From contig JASLXV010000032.1 in the NCBI GenBank assembly GCA_030740155.1, positions 87,361 to 151,360 of the forward strand: a stretch of 64,000 nt of DNA, written 5' to 3'. The stretch comes from Dehalococcoidia bacterium. Its GTDB lineage: Bacteria > Chloroflexota > Dehalococcoidia > Lucifugimonadales > UBA3495. A program made the position numbers and the translations under genes. The notes beneath the pieces are model-generated. The model saw only the letters and a list, made by a program, of their open reading frames with translations, was not told the origin of the DNA and did not search any database. Shown piece after piece: positions 17,512-26,633 of the stretch (its first letter is position 1; the number at the start of each line of letters is the position of its first letter).

Positions 17512-19818
17512 CTACTCAGGCGCGATGGTATGAATAATCCGCTCACCGTGGGTATTGCCTACTTCCACCGCCCGGACAATTCCCTCGAACTTGGCTATCT
17601 TAACCCTTTCTCCCGTGGGGGTCACGGTCACCCGGGTATTGGCCCACGCCAGCGCCCCGGTCCCGTCAACCTGGCTCGGCTCCAAGATGTCCATGATGTT
17701 CGCGCTTTCTTCCTCGGGCCGGTCCGTGGCGTACTCGGACCCGTTGCGGCGACCCTGGCCAAGGGGCACGGAGATCGTGCCGGGGGGCACTGCCGGAGTC
17801 AGGTACACCATCGCCCGGATGGAGCCCTTGGAAGACTCGATGCGGACGACGTCGCCTTCCTTGACCTTCAGCCCTTTGGCGTCATGATCGCTGATCTCCA
17901 CCCAGGTCTGCCAGGCGACGGTCGACAGCGGGTCGGGCGTCCCCTGAAGCCAGGGCAGGTGGGCATGGCGGCCGTCCAACAGCGTGTTATGGGCGAAGGG
18001 CGTCAGGTAGAACGTGCCGGCGCCCAGGCCCTTGCCGGGGAACTGGGGCTCCGCCGCCTTGTCCGCGATGCCGCCGAGGAGGCCCTGTTTCGCGTTAATC
18101 GCTCCCGGTCCGGCGGTCCCTTCGTCCCACCAGCCGCCGCGTTGCAGCAGCCTGGTCCAGAACTCTCCGGAGGAAGCGGCCTGGATCGAACCCCGGTTGA
18201 GGGCGAAGAGGGCGTCCGAGCTTTCCTTGAGCATCTGTTGGTAGCTGGGCCAGGGCAGGCTGGCGTCCTTGCCCAGCTCCTGGGCCACGTTCAGAAGAAG
18301 GTCCGGGAAGCTCCGGGGGTCCAAATCATGGAGAGGGTTGACCACCGGTTGCTGGAACCCGACGACTTCGTAGCCCGGACCCGGCTCCGGGATGTCGGTG
18401 CCCCAGTCCTCGAGATACACCCGGTCGGGCAGGACCAGGTCCGCCATGATGCTGGTCTCGTCCAGGAAGGGCGAGAAGCTGACGATGAACAGGTCGCTGG
18501 CACCGGCGATGGCGTCCTTCAATCCGAGGGAGGCGGGCAGGCCGTGGACCGGGTCCGCTTGATGCAGCAGCAACAGCTTGGTGGCGCCGGTCCGCAGGCT
18601 ATCGACTTCGGTTCTCCACTGGGACAAGGTGGCCGTTTCTCCGGCCGCCGGCGCCTCATCCAGGGGGCTGTTGGGATTGAACCTGATGCCACCCTTGGCG
18701 CCCACGCTTCCCACCAGGTAGTTGAGGGCGTAGATGGCCTCCAGGTTGAACAGGCCGTTTGTGTGGGCCCCCGCCGATCCTCCGCCGATGGCCAGGCTGG
18801 GGCTCCCACCGGCGAACTCCCGGGCCAAGCTGCGGATGGTGTCGACGCGAGCCTGGTCTCCGATGATCTCGGCGAGGAAAACCTTGTCGGCAACGACCTC
18901 GGGCCGGAAGGCTTCGAGTGCCGCTGCTCCCTTGCCGCCGGTCAAGGCCCCGACGTTCACGCCATCTGCCTGCAGGCCCTCGGAGATGATGACGTAGGCT
19001 AGGCTCAGGGCCAGGTGTCCTTCCCAGCCGGGCCGGATGGGGATCCACCGGTCGGCGTTCGCCGCCGTCATGGAGAAACGGGGGTCGACGTGATAGAAGG
19101 TCCCTCGCTTCCGCCCCTCTCCCTGGCGGAACTGGCCGTAGCCCTGGTTCCAGCGGGTGGGTGACACCCAGGTGGAGAGGAAATCGGCGCCGAAGGTCAG
19201 CAGGAACCCGGCGTTTTCGATGTCGAAGTCGGGCAGCAGGTCCTGGCCGAAGACGTTCTTGACCGCGGTGCGGTAGGTGTTGTCGTCCAACGCCTCGAAG
19301 CCAAGGTGCCGTCCACCCACTTCCTTGGAAAAGCGGCTGACCACGGTAGCCAGGTGACCGCGCAGGGGCTCGGTAACCGCCAGCATCCCAGCGCCCCGTT
19401 CGTCCAACTTCTGCCGGAGGGTGTCCATGGCGCTGGCCCAAGAGACCGGCGTGAACTGGCCGGAACCTCGGGGCCCGCTGCTCTGCATGGGACCGGCGAC
19501 CCGGTCCGGATGGTACAGAGCCTGGAGGCCGGCGTCGCACCGGGCGCTCTGCTTCCCCAGGTTAATGGGGTAGAGGGGGTTGCCCTGGATCTTCTTAGCC
19601 CGGCCTTCCATCACCCGAACCAGGATGCCCTCTCCGGTTGGGCAATTGCGGCAGAGGGTCGCGTACCAGTTATCGGACCCCTTTACCAGGTCTTCGGGCA
19701 GCATTGCCGGGCTCTGAATATCCAGTTCCCCGTGACGGATTCCAAATCCTTCACAGGCTACCGCCCCAACGGCGGAGATACCGGCCCACGCTAGAAAGTT
19801 GCGCCGCGTCAGTTTCAT
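17512..19818 (-). CDS. Molybdopterin-oxidoreductase-fold subunit (ActB1/QrcB-like), Tat-exported lipoprotein
   Basis: TRRNFL Tat motif, AVA-C lipobox, GNP.YPIN.G, GADFL.TW, LYHPDR; N-terminal Fe-S motif is degenerate. Confidence 0.88.
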   Translation of the reverse strand: MKLTRRNFLAWAGISAVGAVACEGFGIRHGELDIQSPAMLPEDLVKGSDNWYATLCRNCPTGEGILVRVMEGRAKKIQGNPLYPINLGKQSARCDAGLQALYHPDRVAGPMQSSGPRGSGQFTPVSWASAMDTLRQKLDERGAGMLAVTEPLRGHLATVVSRFSKEVGGRHLGFEALDDNTYRTAVKNVFGQDLLPDFDIENAGFLLTFGADFLSTWVSPTRWNQGYGQFRQGEGRKRGTFYHVDPRFSMTAANADRWIPIRPGWEGHLALSLAYVIISEGLQADGVNVGALTGGKGAAALEAFRPEVVADKVFLAEIIGDQARVDTIRSLAREFAGGSPSLAIGGGSAGAHTNGLFNLEAIYALNYLVGSVGAKGGIRFNPNSPLDEAPAAGETATLSQWRTEVDSLRTGATKLLLLHQADPVHGLPASLGLKDAIAGASDLFIVSFSPFLDETSIMADLVLPDRVYLEDWGTDIPEPGPGYEVVGFQQPVVNPLHDLDPRSFPDLLLNVAQELGKDASLPWPSYQQMLKESSDALFALNRGSIQAASSGEFWTRLLQRGGWWDEGTAGPGAINAKQGLLGGIADKAAEPQFPGKGLGAGTFYLTPFAHNTLLDGRHAHLPWLQGTPDPLSTVAWQTWVEISDHDAKGLKVKEGDVVRIESSKGSIRAMVYLTPAVPPGTISVPLGQGRRNGSEYATDRPEEESANIMDILEPSQVDGTGALAWANTRVTVTPTGERVKIAKFEGIVRAVEVGNTHGERIIHTIAPE

Positions 19819-19840
19819 CGGATGAGAACCTTGCTTGTAA

Positions 19841-20482
19841 TCACTTGTGGCACACCGTGCAATCGGTGGGGACGTTGTTCTGCCGGTGGCAGTCCAGGCA
19901 CGTGCCCATCTTCAGCGATTGGAACCGCTTGGGTTTGACCTTGGTCATGGCGGCCACGTCGCCGTGGCACGTGGAGCAGACCGCCTGCACTTTCTGTTCG
20001 CTGGGGAGGTCCGACGTATCCTGCTGAGTGAAGAACCGGATGTGGGCCTCATGGACGAAGCGCACGTGGTCGGGCATCCGGTGCACCCGTTCCCAGTTGA
20101 TGGGATCGCCGTCAGCGAAGCTCTGGCTGACCTTGGCCATCTCCGCCAGGTTCACGTTGGTCAGGCCCACCAGATTCTCGTCGGCGATCTGTTCGTGGCA
20201 GAACATACACTGCTCCACCGCGGGTACGGTGGCGGCGGTGCCCTTGGTCACGTTCCGGTGGCAAAATTCGCACTGGATGCCCGCTCCACCTGTCTCGACA
20301 GTTCCCGCGTGGACCGTGTGGGGGAAGGCCACGGGCTGAGCCGGAGCGTTCCCCAGGCCGAAGGGCGGGTTGGAAAACCAGGAAATGAGCACCACGACGA
20401 TCACGAAGCCGACTATGAGCGTAACTCCGGCGCTCACCACGCCCAACGCCAGCATCTTTCCGCTCAGTCCCATCGGCAGCAA
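19841..20482 (-). CDS. actA: Pentaheme cytochrome c ActA/QrcA-like
   Basis: N-terminal TM; five CxxCH motifs (CEFCH, CMFCH, CSTCH, CLDCH, CTVCH); QPVAFPH..H and W.RVH..PDHV.F.H..H. Confidence 0.92.
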   Translation of the reverse strand: MLPMGLSGKMLALGVVSAGVTLIVGFVIVVVLISWFSNPPFGLGNAPAQPVAFPHTVHAGTVETGGAGIQCEFCHRNVTKGTAATVPAVEQCMFCHEQIADENLVGLTNVNLAEMAKVSQSFADGDPINWERVHRMPDHVRFVHEAHIRFFTQQDTSDLPSEQKVQAVCSTCHGDVAAMTKVKPKRFQSLKMGTCLDCHRQNNVPTDCTVCHK

Positions 20483-20581
20483 AATCCGTCTGTCAATTCA
20501 GTAATCCAATCCGATTGAATTCGTTTCGGGCTGCTTATCGGGCCGCTTTACTTGGAAGAAGCCAGGCCCGGCCCGCCGGGG

Positions 20582-20878
20582 CTAAATCAAGTACCGGTCC
20601 CAGAAATTGTCCACTTCCAGCGTTTGGTCGATACCCAGGACCAGAATGGTGACAGCGACGAGCAACACCAGAAACGCGAACCCGGTCAGCGGAACTCTGA
20701 ACCGGTGGGCCGTCTGAGGTAGTTGGCCGGTCATTATCAGGGATGGTATCAGCGCGTGGGCGACCAGCATCGTAATCGCGAACGTGACGATCAAAGGAAC
20801 ATAAGTCCAGAACAACTGAAGCCAAATATGGATGTCGTTCCAATTGGCGTTGGTCAACGCTTTGGGATCGTCAAACAT
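20582..20878 (-). CDS. Small two-TM membrane protein, first gene of the ACIII operon
   Basis: MFDDPKALTN.. with two hydrophobic segments, downstream of the promoter at 20943-20971. Confidence 0.6.
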   Translation of the reverse strand: MFDDPKALTNANWNDIHIWLQLFWTYVPLIVTFAITMLVAHALIPSLIMTGQLPQTAHRFRVPLTGFAFLVLLVAVTILVLGIDQTLEVDNFWDRYLI

Positions 20879-20937
20879 CTTGAGTGCTGCACCGCCAGGG
20901 GCTTGGTTTGGGGCAGGACGCGCCTCAACGGAAGCCA

Positions 20938-20971
20938 GGTGAAAAATATCACAGCACCCTATGAGTGTCAA
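20938..20971 (-). promoter_or_regulatory. Sigma70-type promoter of the ACIII operon overlapped by a Rex/CRP-like palindrome
   Basis: Minus strand TTGACA-17 nt-TATTTT; TGTGA-TATTTT-TCACC (20938-20953) covers the -10 element. Confidence 0.55.
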
Positions 20972-21124
20972 GGGGATGGCAGCGCCAATCTCTCCCGCCA
21001 AGGGTCCAACCGGCGTGGCTGCAACACCAGGCGGTGGCGCCGCAAACCGAAAGAGTAGGACCTGCTTGCAGTATTATTTCGGAGCAATAATCTCCGTGGC
21101 GGGCGCTTCGTGAACGCAATTCAG

Positions 21125-21153
21125 TTGACTGGCATCTGGCGCAGATTTATAAT
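21125..21153 (+). promoter_or_regulatory. Sigma70-type promoter
   Basis: TTGACT-17 nt-TATAAT. Confidence 0.7.
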
Positions 21154-21251
21154 ACAACTCCGGGATTGGGTTGCGGAATTGGGGTATGGAACTTCTCGCT
21201 AGAATCCGGGCACGGTCTTTTCGGGCCGTTCACCTGGGAGGGAAGGAAAAC

Positions 21252-23003
21252 ATGGGTTGGTTCTCTATACTCAAGATCGGCAAGCGCAAGTCGCGGCCGG
21301 ATCCTCCGGAGGATGACTCGGGCGAATTTGAAATTGAACTGGATGCGACTACCGCAGACACCCCATCTCCGTTGGTGGACGAAATCGGCAGTATTGAGAC
21401 TGCCGCCGGGGGATCGCCGTCGAGCGGGGAACCTGATTTGGGAGGGCCGCCGGAGGATGAACCGGAGGATGAAGATGAGGATGAGGATGAAGAAACGGTG
21501 ACGGCAGGATCTGATCAGGAGCCGCCAGCGGCGGGATCGCTGGCTTCCAGGACTCCAAATCCAAACCTACCGCAAATGTACAAGACGTGGGTTGAGCTTG
21601 AAGAAACTATAGGCACGGCCCGAGACGGGATGGAATCGATGCTCGCCAACCGAAATATGGCGTCGGCATCGAGAGAGGTGGCCCGGGAGACTCTGGAACA
21701 GGCCGAAGCGGCCTGGGAAGAGGCCCGGCGTCTGGGAGACGTGACCTGGCGGGCCTTTGACCAGGGTTTCACCGCTAACCTGCCCGGCATCGCGGAACGG
21801 TTGAGGACCATCAAAGAGGTCGACGAGGCCCGAAGAGCCCAAGCTGATCTGCGATGGGCCAGCCAGGAAGCGGCCTGGAAAGAGGCCGACGGGGCCCGGC
21901 AAAAGGCCACGGCGGGGCTCCTGAAGGCGATTGCCTCCCTCGCGGCCGCGGCCGTCCAGGTAGAGGGAGATGAGGGAATCGGGCAATCTGTCCGCCTTCG
22001 CCGAATCTCTCAGAAAATCCGCATTGGAGGACTTGACGGGCGCCCAAGCCATACGCGACGAACTGGCACTTTTGGGGCAGAGGGCCCTGGACGAATTGAA
22101 GAAAGACCACCTCTCGGCAGAAGCATTTCCGGAAGTGAGAATGATGCCCAAGCCGGCCGGATCAAGGCCGGAAATCCAGGGGGAACCCGTCGCTCCTCTC
22201 CCGGCGGAGCTGGACGATTCCCCTGACGTTCCCCCCGACGTTTCCGATGAGGATGACACCCCTCCCAGCACTGGGGGAAAACGGCTGCGGCGGAAGCCTG
22301 AGACCCTCGAAAAGCCGGCTGCCGCCAAAGTGGAACCCCCGGCCCCCCCGGCGGGGGAAAACGGGGGAAGTGTCCCGGCGGCCACGGAGCGGGCCGAGGC
22401 TATAACCCCACCGAAGGTGGTGGAGGCCGGAGCAGGTCCGCCGCTGTCGGCAGCCGAGCAGCTCCGGAGGGAATTCGCGGCGGGAGCCCACCCACCCCGG
22501 TCCCCGGAAAGCGGGGCCCCGGTCTCCCCAACCGGGGGGCCGGTCACCGGGTGGAGCCGACGCAAAACGCTCCCGGAGCCGCGGCGGAAGAGCTGAGAGT
22601 AGAGATGGCGGCCCCGCGGCCCCCGGTGGCGGGTGTCCAGCAGCCGGGCGGAGTAATTCCCATGCCGGCCTCCGTCGACCCGGCCGTTTCCGAGGCTGGG
22701 GTTGCGGGACAGCCCGCTGCGGCAGCCCCCGGGCCGGAGACGTACACGGGGCGTCTCTACCTGATGTTCCCGTCAACCCTCGGGCAAGATGACATCGGGT
22801 CCGTTTGGGAGATCCTGGAGGCCGTGGCCGCGGGCAGCATCGTGGAGAACCGGCTCATTTCCAGGGAGGCCGGAATTCAGTTCACCCTCGACCTTGGCAG
22901 CAAGCTGTTTACGGTGGAGGACATGCGCAAGCGAATGCTGGGAGCCCGGCTGGAAGCGCTCGGGCTGGATCGGCTGAGGGTTGACTGGCCACGCGTCGGC
23001 TAG
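21252..23003 (+). pseudogene. Acidic, coiled-coil and Pro-rich protein with a small C-terminal globular domain, split by two apparent 1-nt deletions (pseudogene or assembly error)
   Basis: Protein-like sequence moves from ORF 21171-22226 to 21970-22596 to 22551-23003 at G-rich runs near 21965 and 22550; GGAAGGA RBS before ATG 21252. Confidence 0.6.
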
Positions 23004-23042
23004 CACGGGGTCAGCCCGGCTACGGCCGGCGGGGGAACGTCC

Positions 23043-23957
23043 TCAGGCTCCGGGAGGGTTGCGCCGGTACCAATCGATTATCTGGGAGCCGGTGGCGGAC
23101 CACACTCCCTGCCGGCGAGTCATGTATCCCAGGGCATCGTCCAGGTAGCCGATTCGGAAAGGCTGGCCGATGAGCCACGGGTGAAGGTTCACGGTCAGCA
23201 CCCGTCCGTTCTGCTCTCCGTCCCGGTACATCGTGTCGAAGCACTCTTTGAGCGACTCCCCGTACCGGTCGATGGGGACGTGCCGGGTCCACAGGGCCTG
23301 CACGTCGTCCAGGTCCACCATGATGGGAAGCGCGAACAGCTCACCCGCATCACCCTTCATGGGATAGGGTTGCTCGTCGTTGCCCCAATCGCAAACGTAG
23401 CCGATTCCCGCCTGGGCCAGCAACTGGGGCGTCCTGGGTGACTCCCCGTATTCCGGCCCCAACCAGCCGGTTGGGGCCTTACCGGTGGCCTGCTTGAGGG
23501 CTTCCACCGAGGTCCGGATGTAGCTCCGCTCCTCCTCTTCAGGCATCTGGCCGGTGATCATCCGGCTGACCGATATTCCGTGGCCGATGATCTCGCATCC
23601 GCGCTCCAGGCAGTGGCGGACCAGGTACGGATAGTTCTCCGCGGTCTTCACATCCATGGCCACCGTGGCCTTGACGCCATGCTTTTCCAGGGCATCAAGG
23701 ACTCGGAAGATGCCGACGCGATGGCCGTACTCACGGTGGGTCAAGCGGGGGAAGTCGGGGAAGGGGCGGGGAGCGATTCCCCCGGCCAGGACGGTGGTGA
23801 TGCTGCCCTCCGGCGGGTACCACTCCATGTGTTCCAGGTTGACGATGACGCAGAGGGCGAGCCTCGCGTTATCCGGCCAGCGCAGTACCCCCCGGCTGGG
23901 GAAGGGAGACCAGTCATAGTGTTCGTGGTCCATCCCGAAACGGCGTTGAGCGGGCAT
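23043..23957 (-). CDS. Polysaccharide deacetylase (CE4)/PuuE-like hydrolase
   Basis: NLEH, REYGHRVG.FR, GHG, GWLGP, DEQPYP and LHPW..GQP.R motifs. Confidence 0.85.
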   Translation of the reverse strand: MPAQRRFGMDHEHYDWSPFPSRGVLRWPDNARLALCVIVNLEHMEWYPPEGSITTVLAGGIAPRPFPDFPRLTHREYGHRVGIFRVLDALEKHGVKATVAMDVKTAENYPYLVRHCLERGCEIIGHGISVSRMITGQMPEEEERSYIRTSVEALKQATGKAPTGWLGPEYGESPRTPQLLAQAGIGYVCDWGNDEQPYPMKGDAGELFALPIMVDLDDVQALWTRHVPIDRYGESLKECFDTMYRDGEQNGRVLTVNLHPWLIGQPFRIGYLDDALGYMTRRQGVWSATGSQIIDWYRRNPPGA

Positions 23958-24133
23958 GGCGGCACCTCTCTCCTGTGCGGCTGCCTAATCGGCGAATAGT
24001 CAGACGGGTCCTGGTTCCCAATTGGGACCCTCTCCTCGCTTCCCGGTCATGGAGAAGGCGGGAGCCGGGCTGAAAACGAGTCATGCGCCCTTTGGGTTCG
24101 GGTGGCGGGCGCCGAGGCTCCGAGGGACCTTGC

Positions 24134-25042
24134 CTAGGCCTTGAACTGCCGGGCGTGCTCCACCGCCTGGTCGTAGTAGTTGGCGATATAGTACTCGGCG
24201 ATATCGTCGGCGGTGGTCTGCCACACCCCGTCGTGGGACATGATGTAGCCCAGAAGATCATCCAGGTATTTGATCCGGTGGGGCTGGCCCATGACGTACG
24301 GGTGAAGGGCGATGCACATGACGCGGCCGCTCTGTTCACCCTCTTTGTAGAGCTGGTCGAACTGGTCCTTGCAGATCCGGGCGAAGTAGTCACCTTCGTA
24401 GTTGGCCCGGAACAGGGGTGCGTCGTTCAGCTCGACGGAGTAGGGCACCGAAACGAGCGTTCCCGACTTCACCCGGATGGGCACCGGCTGGTCGTCGTGC
24501 ATCCAGTCGGTGTGGTAGATCAGGCCGGCCTCGGCCATCAGGTCGGGGGTGGCCTCGGTGTCCGAGACGGCCGGCCCCAGCATGCCCTTGAGCTGTTTTC
24601 CGGTATGCTTCCGCAGGGTTTCGATACAGTCCCGGTAGAACTCCCGTTCCTCCTCCTCCGTATAGGTGTTGAGGTAGCGGGTGTTGTAGATGCCGTGGCT
24701 CATGAAGTCCCAATCCCTCTCGACCATGGCCTTGGCGACTTCCGGGTAGTGCTCCAGCACCGCCATGTTGAGGGAAACGCAGCACCGGATCTGGTGGCGG
24801 TCCATGACCTCCAGCATTCGCCAGAAGCCCACCCGGTTCCCGTAGTCGCGGTTTGAGTACTGCTGGACATCGGGATAGGGGGTGCGGGGCCAGGGGTCTC
24901 GCTTCCCGTCATAGTCGGGGAGATACTCGTAGTGCTCGACGTTGGGTGAGACCCACAGGGCCACCCGGGCGCCGTTGGGCCACTCCAGGCGCGGCCTCTC
25001 GATGATGGGGCTGTAGTCCACCCGGTCAGGGGGCAGCGGCAT
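24134..25042 (-). CDS. Polysaccharide deacetylase (CE4)/PuuE-like hydrolase, tandem paralog
   Basis: NVEHYE, RDYGNRVGFWR, SHG, DDQP and LHPY..GQPHR motifs. Confidence 0.85.
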   Translation of the reverse strand: MPLPPDRVDYSPIIERPRLEWPNGARVALWVSPNVEHYEYLPDYDGKRDPWPRTPYPDVQQYSNRDYGNRVGFWRMLEVMDRHQIRCCVSLNMAVLEHYPEVAKAMVERDWDFMSHGIYNTRYLNTYTEEEEREFYRDCIETLRKHTGKQLKGMLGPAVSDTEATPDLMAEAGLIYHTDWMHDDQPVPIRVKSGTLVSVPYSVELNDAPLFRANYEGDYFARICKDQFDQLYKEGEQSGRVMCIALHPYVMGQPHRIKYLDDLLGYIMSHDGVWQTTADDIAEYYIANYYDQAVEHARQFKA

Positions 25043-25059
25043 GGGAACCCACCTCCCGT

Positions 25060-25872
25060 TCAGATCATGATGTTCATCTGGGCTACGATCGCCTCACCAA
25101 GGGCCCGGTCCCCTCGAATCTTCACCTTGCCGGAACCGATCACCTGGGCAGGCTCCCAGCGGCCGCAGCCCAGGCACGCGAAGGTCTCCGCTTCCATGGT
25201 CAGGGACACCGTGGGCCGGGCCGGCGCCTGATCCAATTCCCGGGCGCGGGTCCCTTCCACGCCCACGGGCACGATGCGCCCCGCCGGCCCGGTGATGTCG
25301 AACACCACCGTGGCGCCGTCAGGGGTTTGGGCCTTCTTGGCTACCACATAGGGCATGGCCATGGCCACCCGGCCCACGGAGTGCTCGGCCACCGGCCCTG
25401 CCAGGTTTCCGGCCCGTCCCAGGGCGCGACGCATGTCCTGCTCGTGGACCCAGGCATCGAAGATGCGTATCCGGATAAAGTCGCGCATGGGCGCCCGGCC
25501 GATGGGCGTGTCAGTCTCTGCCTCGAATTCATCCGGCGTCAAGGCCCGGAGAAGCTTCAACCGCTCGGCGGTTGCCTCTTGGAACTCCTCCAGCACCTCG
25601 GCCCCGGTCCGGGGGCGCCGCCAGTCCACCACCACCTCGTTTCTCCGGCCCGTGTCGTTCTTCACGTGGCTCATCTCGGGTGGTGTGTGGTCTGGGGCCG
25701 GCCGCCCCAGCAGTCGGCACTCGGAACCGGCCAGGTGCGAGAGTTGGTCCTGCACCGACCAGCCGGGGCAATCGGTTGGCGTCTTCCAGTCCCGTTCGGT
25801 AAAGGGAGAGCAGAGGCCGGCGATGGACTGCCAGACCTGCTCCATGATGTCGACGAGTTCCTGGTCCGTCAT
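25060..25872 (-). CDS. Maleylpyruvate isomerase (MDMPI/DinB superfamily) thiol-dependent enzyme with SCP2-like C-terminus
   Basis: TDCPGWSVQD.LSHL and R.FD.WVHEQD.R.A motifs. Confidence 0.85.
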   Translation of the reverse strand: MTDQELVDIMEQVWQSIAGLCSPFTERDWKTPTDCPGWSVQDQLSHLAGSECRLLGRPAPDHTPPEMSHVKNDTGRRNEVVVDWRRPRTGAEVLEEFQEATAERLKLLRALTPDEFEAETDTPIGRAPMRDFIRIRIFDAWVHEQDMRRALGRAGNLAGPVAEHSVGRVAMAMPYVVAKKAQTPDGATVVFDITGPAGRIVPVGVEGTRARELDQAPARPTVSLTMEAETFACLGCGRWEPAQVIGSGKVKIRGDRALGEAIVAQMNIMI

Positions 25873-25929
25873 ACGCGCAATCCCTCCGTGAATCAGCGTG
25901 GCCCAGAGGGGAATCCGGATCTTGTTTGG

Positions 25930-26433
25930 CTACGTGCCGCCCGTCTGTTCCCGCTCGATCCTGCGGCGCTCCCGGTTGGTGATCAACCGCACCGCTTCGT
26001 GCGCGCCCATGCGGCCCACCGGGCCGGAGGCGTACATGGAGCCCAGGACCACGCCGCCGCGTCCCAGCAGGAACTCCGCCGGCTGAATGGAGCCGTCGTG
26101 TTCTTCACCCCACCAGGCGCCGGCCAGATCGCCGTCCTCCCTGGTCGCGCCGTAGGCCATGTTGAAGCTGAGGCCCTTCCCCGCTACCTCTTTGGCGTGT
26201 TCCAGCGAGTCGGTGCTCACGGCGTAGATCGTGGCATCCAGGGCATCCAACTCGGGCTTCTTCGCTTCCCATTCGGCCAACTGCCGATGGCAATAGGGTC
26301 ACCAGTGGCCCCGGTAGAAGAGGACCGCGGTGTAGCGGCTCGGCGCGTCGGCCGGGATTTGAATCGTTCCTCCGTCAATCAGCTTCAAGGTCAGCTGCGG
26401 AAACCGGTCGCCCTGTTGTAGCATTTTGCCCAT
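25930..26433 (-). CDS. Peroxiredoxin-like (AhpC/TSA) selenoprotein with a UxxC motif, 167 aa
   Basis: ATG 26433 reads MGKMLQQGDRFPQLTLKLIDG...VLFYRGHW-TGA(26301-26299)-PYCHRQLAEW, in frame with the 116-aa ORF of the track; SECIS-like hairpin follows. Confidence 0.88.
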
Positions 26434-26633
26434 AATAACCTCATGCATCGGTGCGTAGCCGGATCATTGGCGAAAGGGGGCCGGCGCCGTGGGGCTATCA
26501 TACTGACTGGACTACCCATTGGCAACACTGGGGCAATACTGGTTTTGCACCGGCATTTCGCGGTTTGCGTTGACGGGCCCCACCGCCTGGGATAAGCTGC
26601 GGCTGGCATAGGCGGCCACGAAGGAGGTGCAAG

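Noticed and set aside
17494..19002. Long antisense ORFs (for example 502 aa here, 507 aa at 34488-36011, 393 aa at 36206-37387)
   Set aside because: Shadow frames opposite well-supported genes, as expected with high-GC codon bias; no family motifs.
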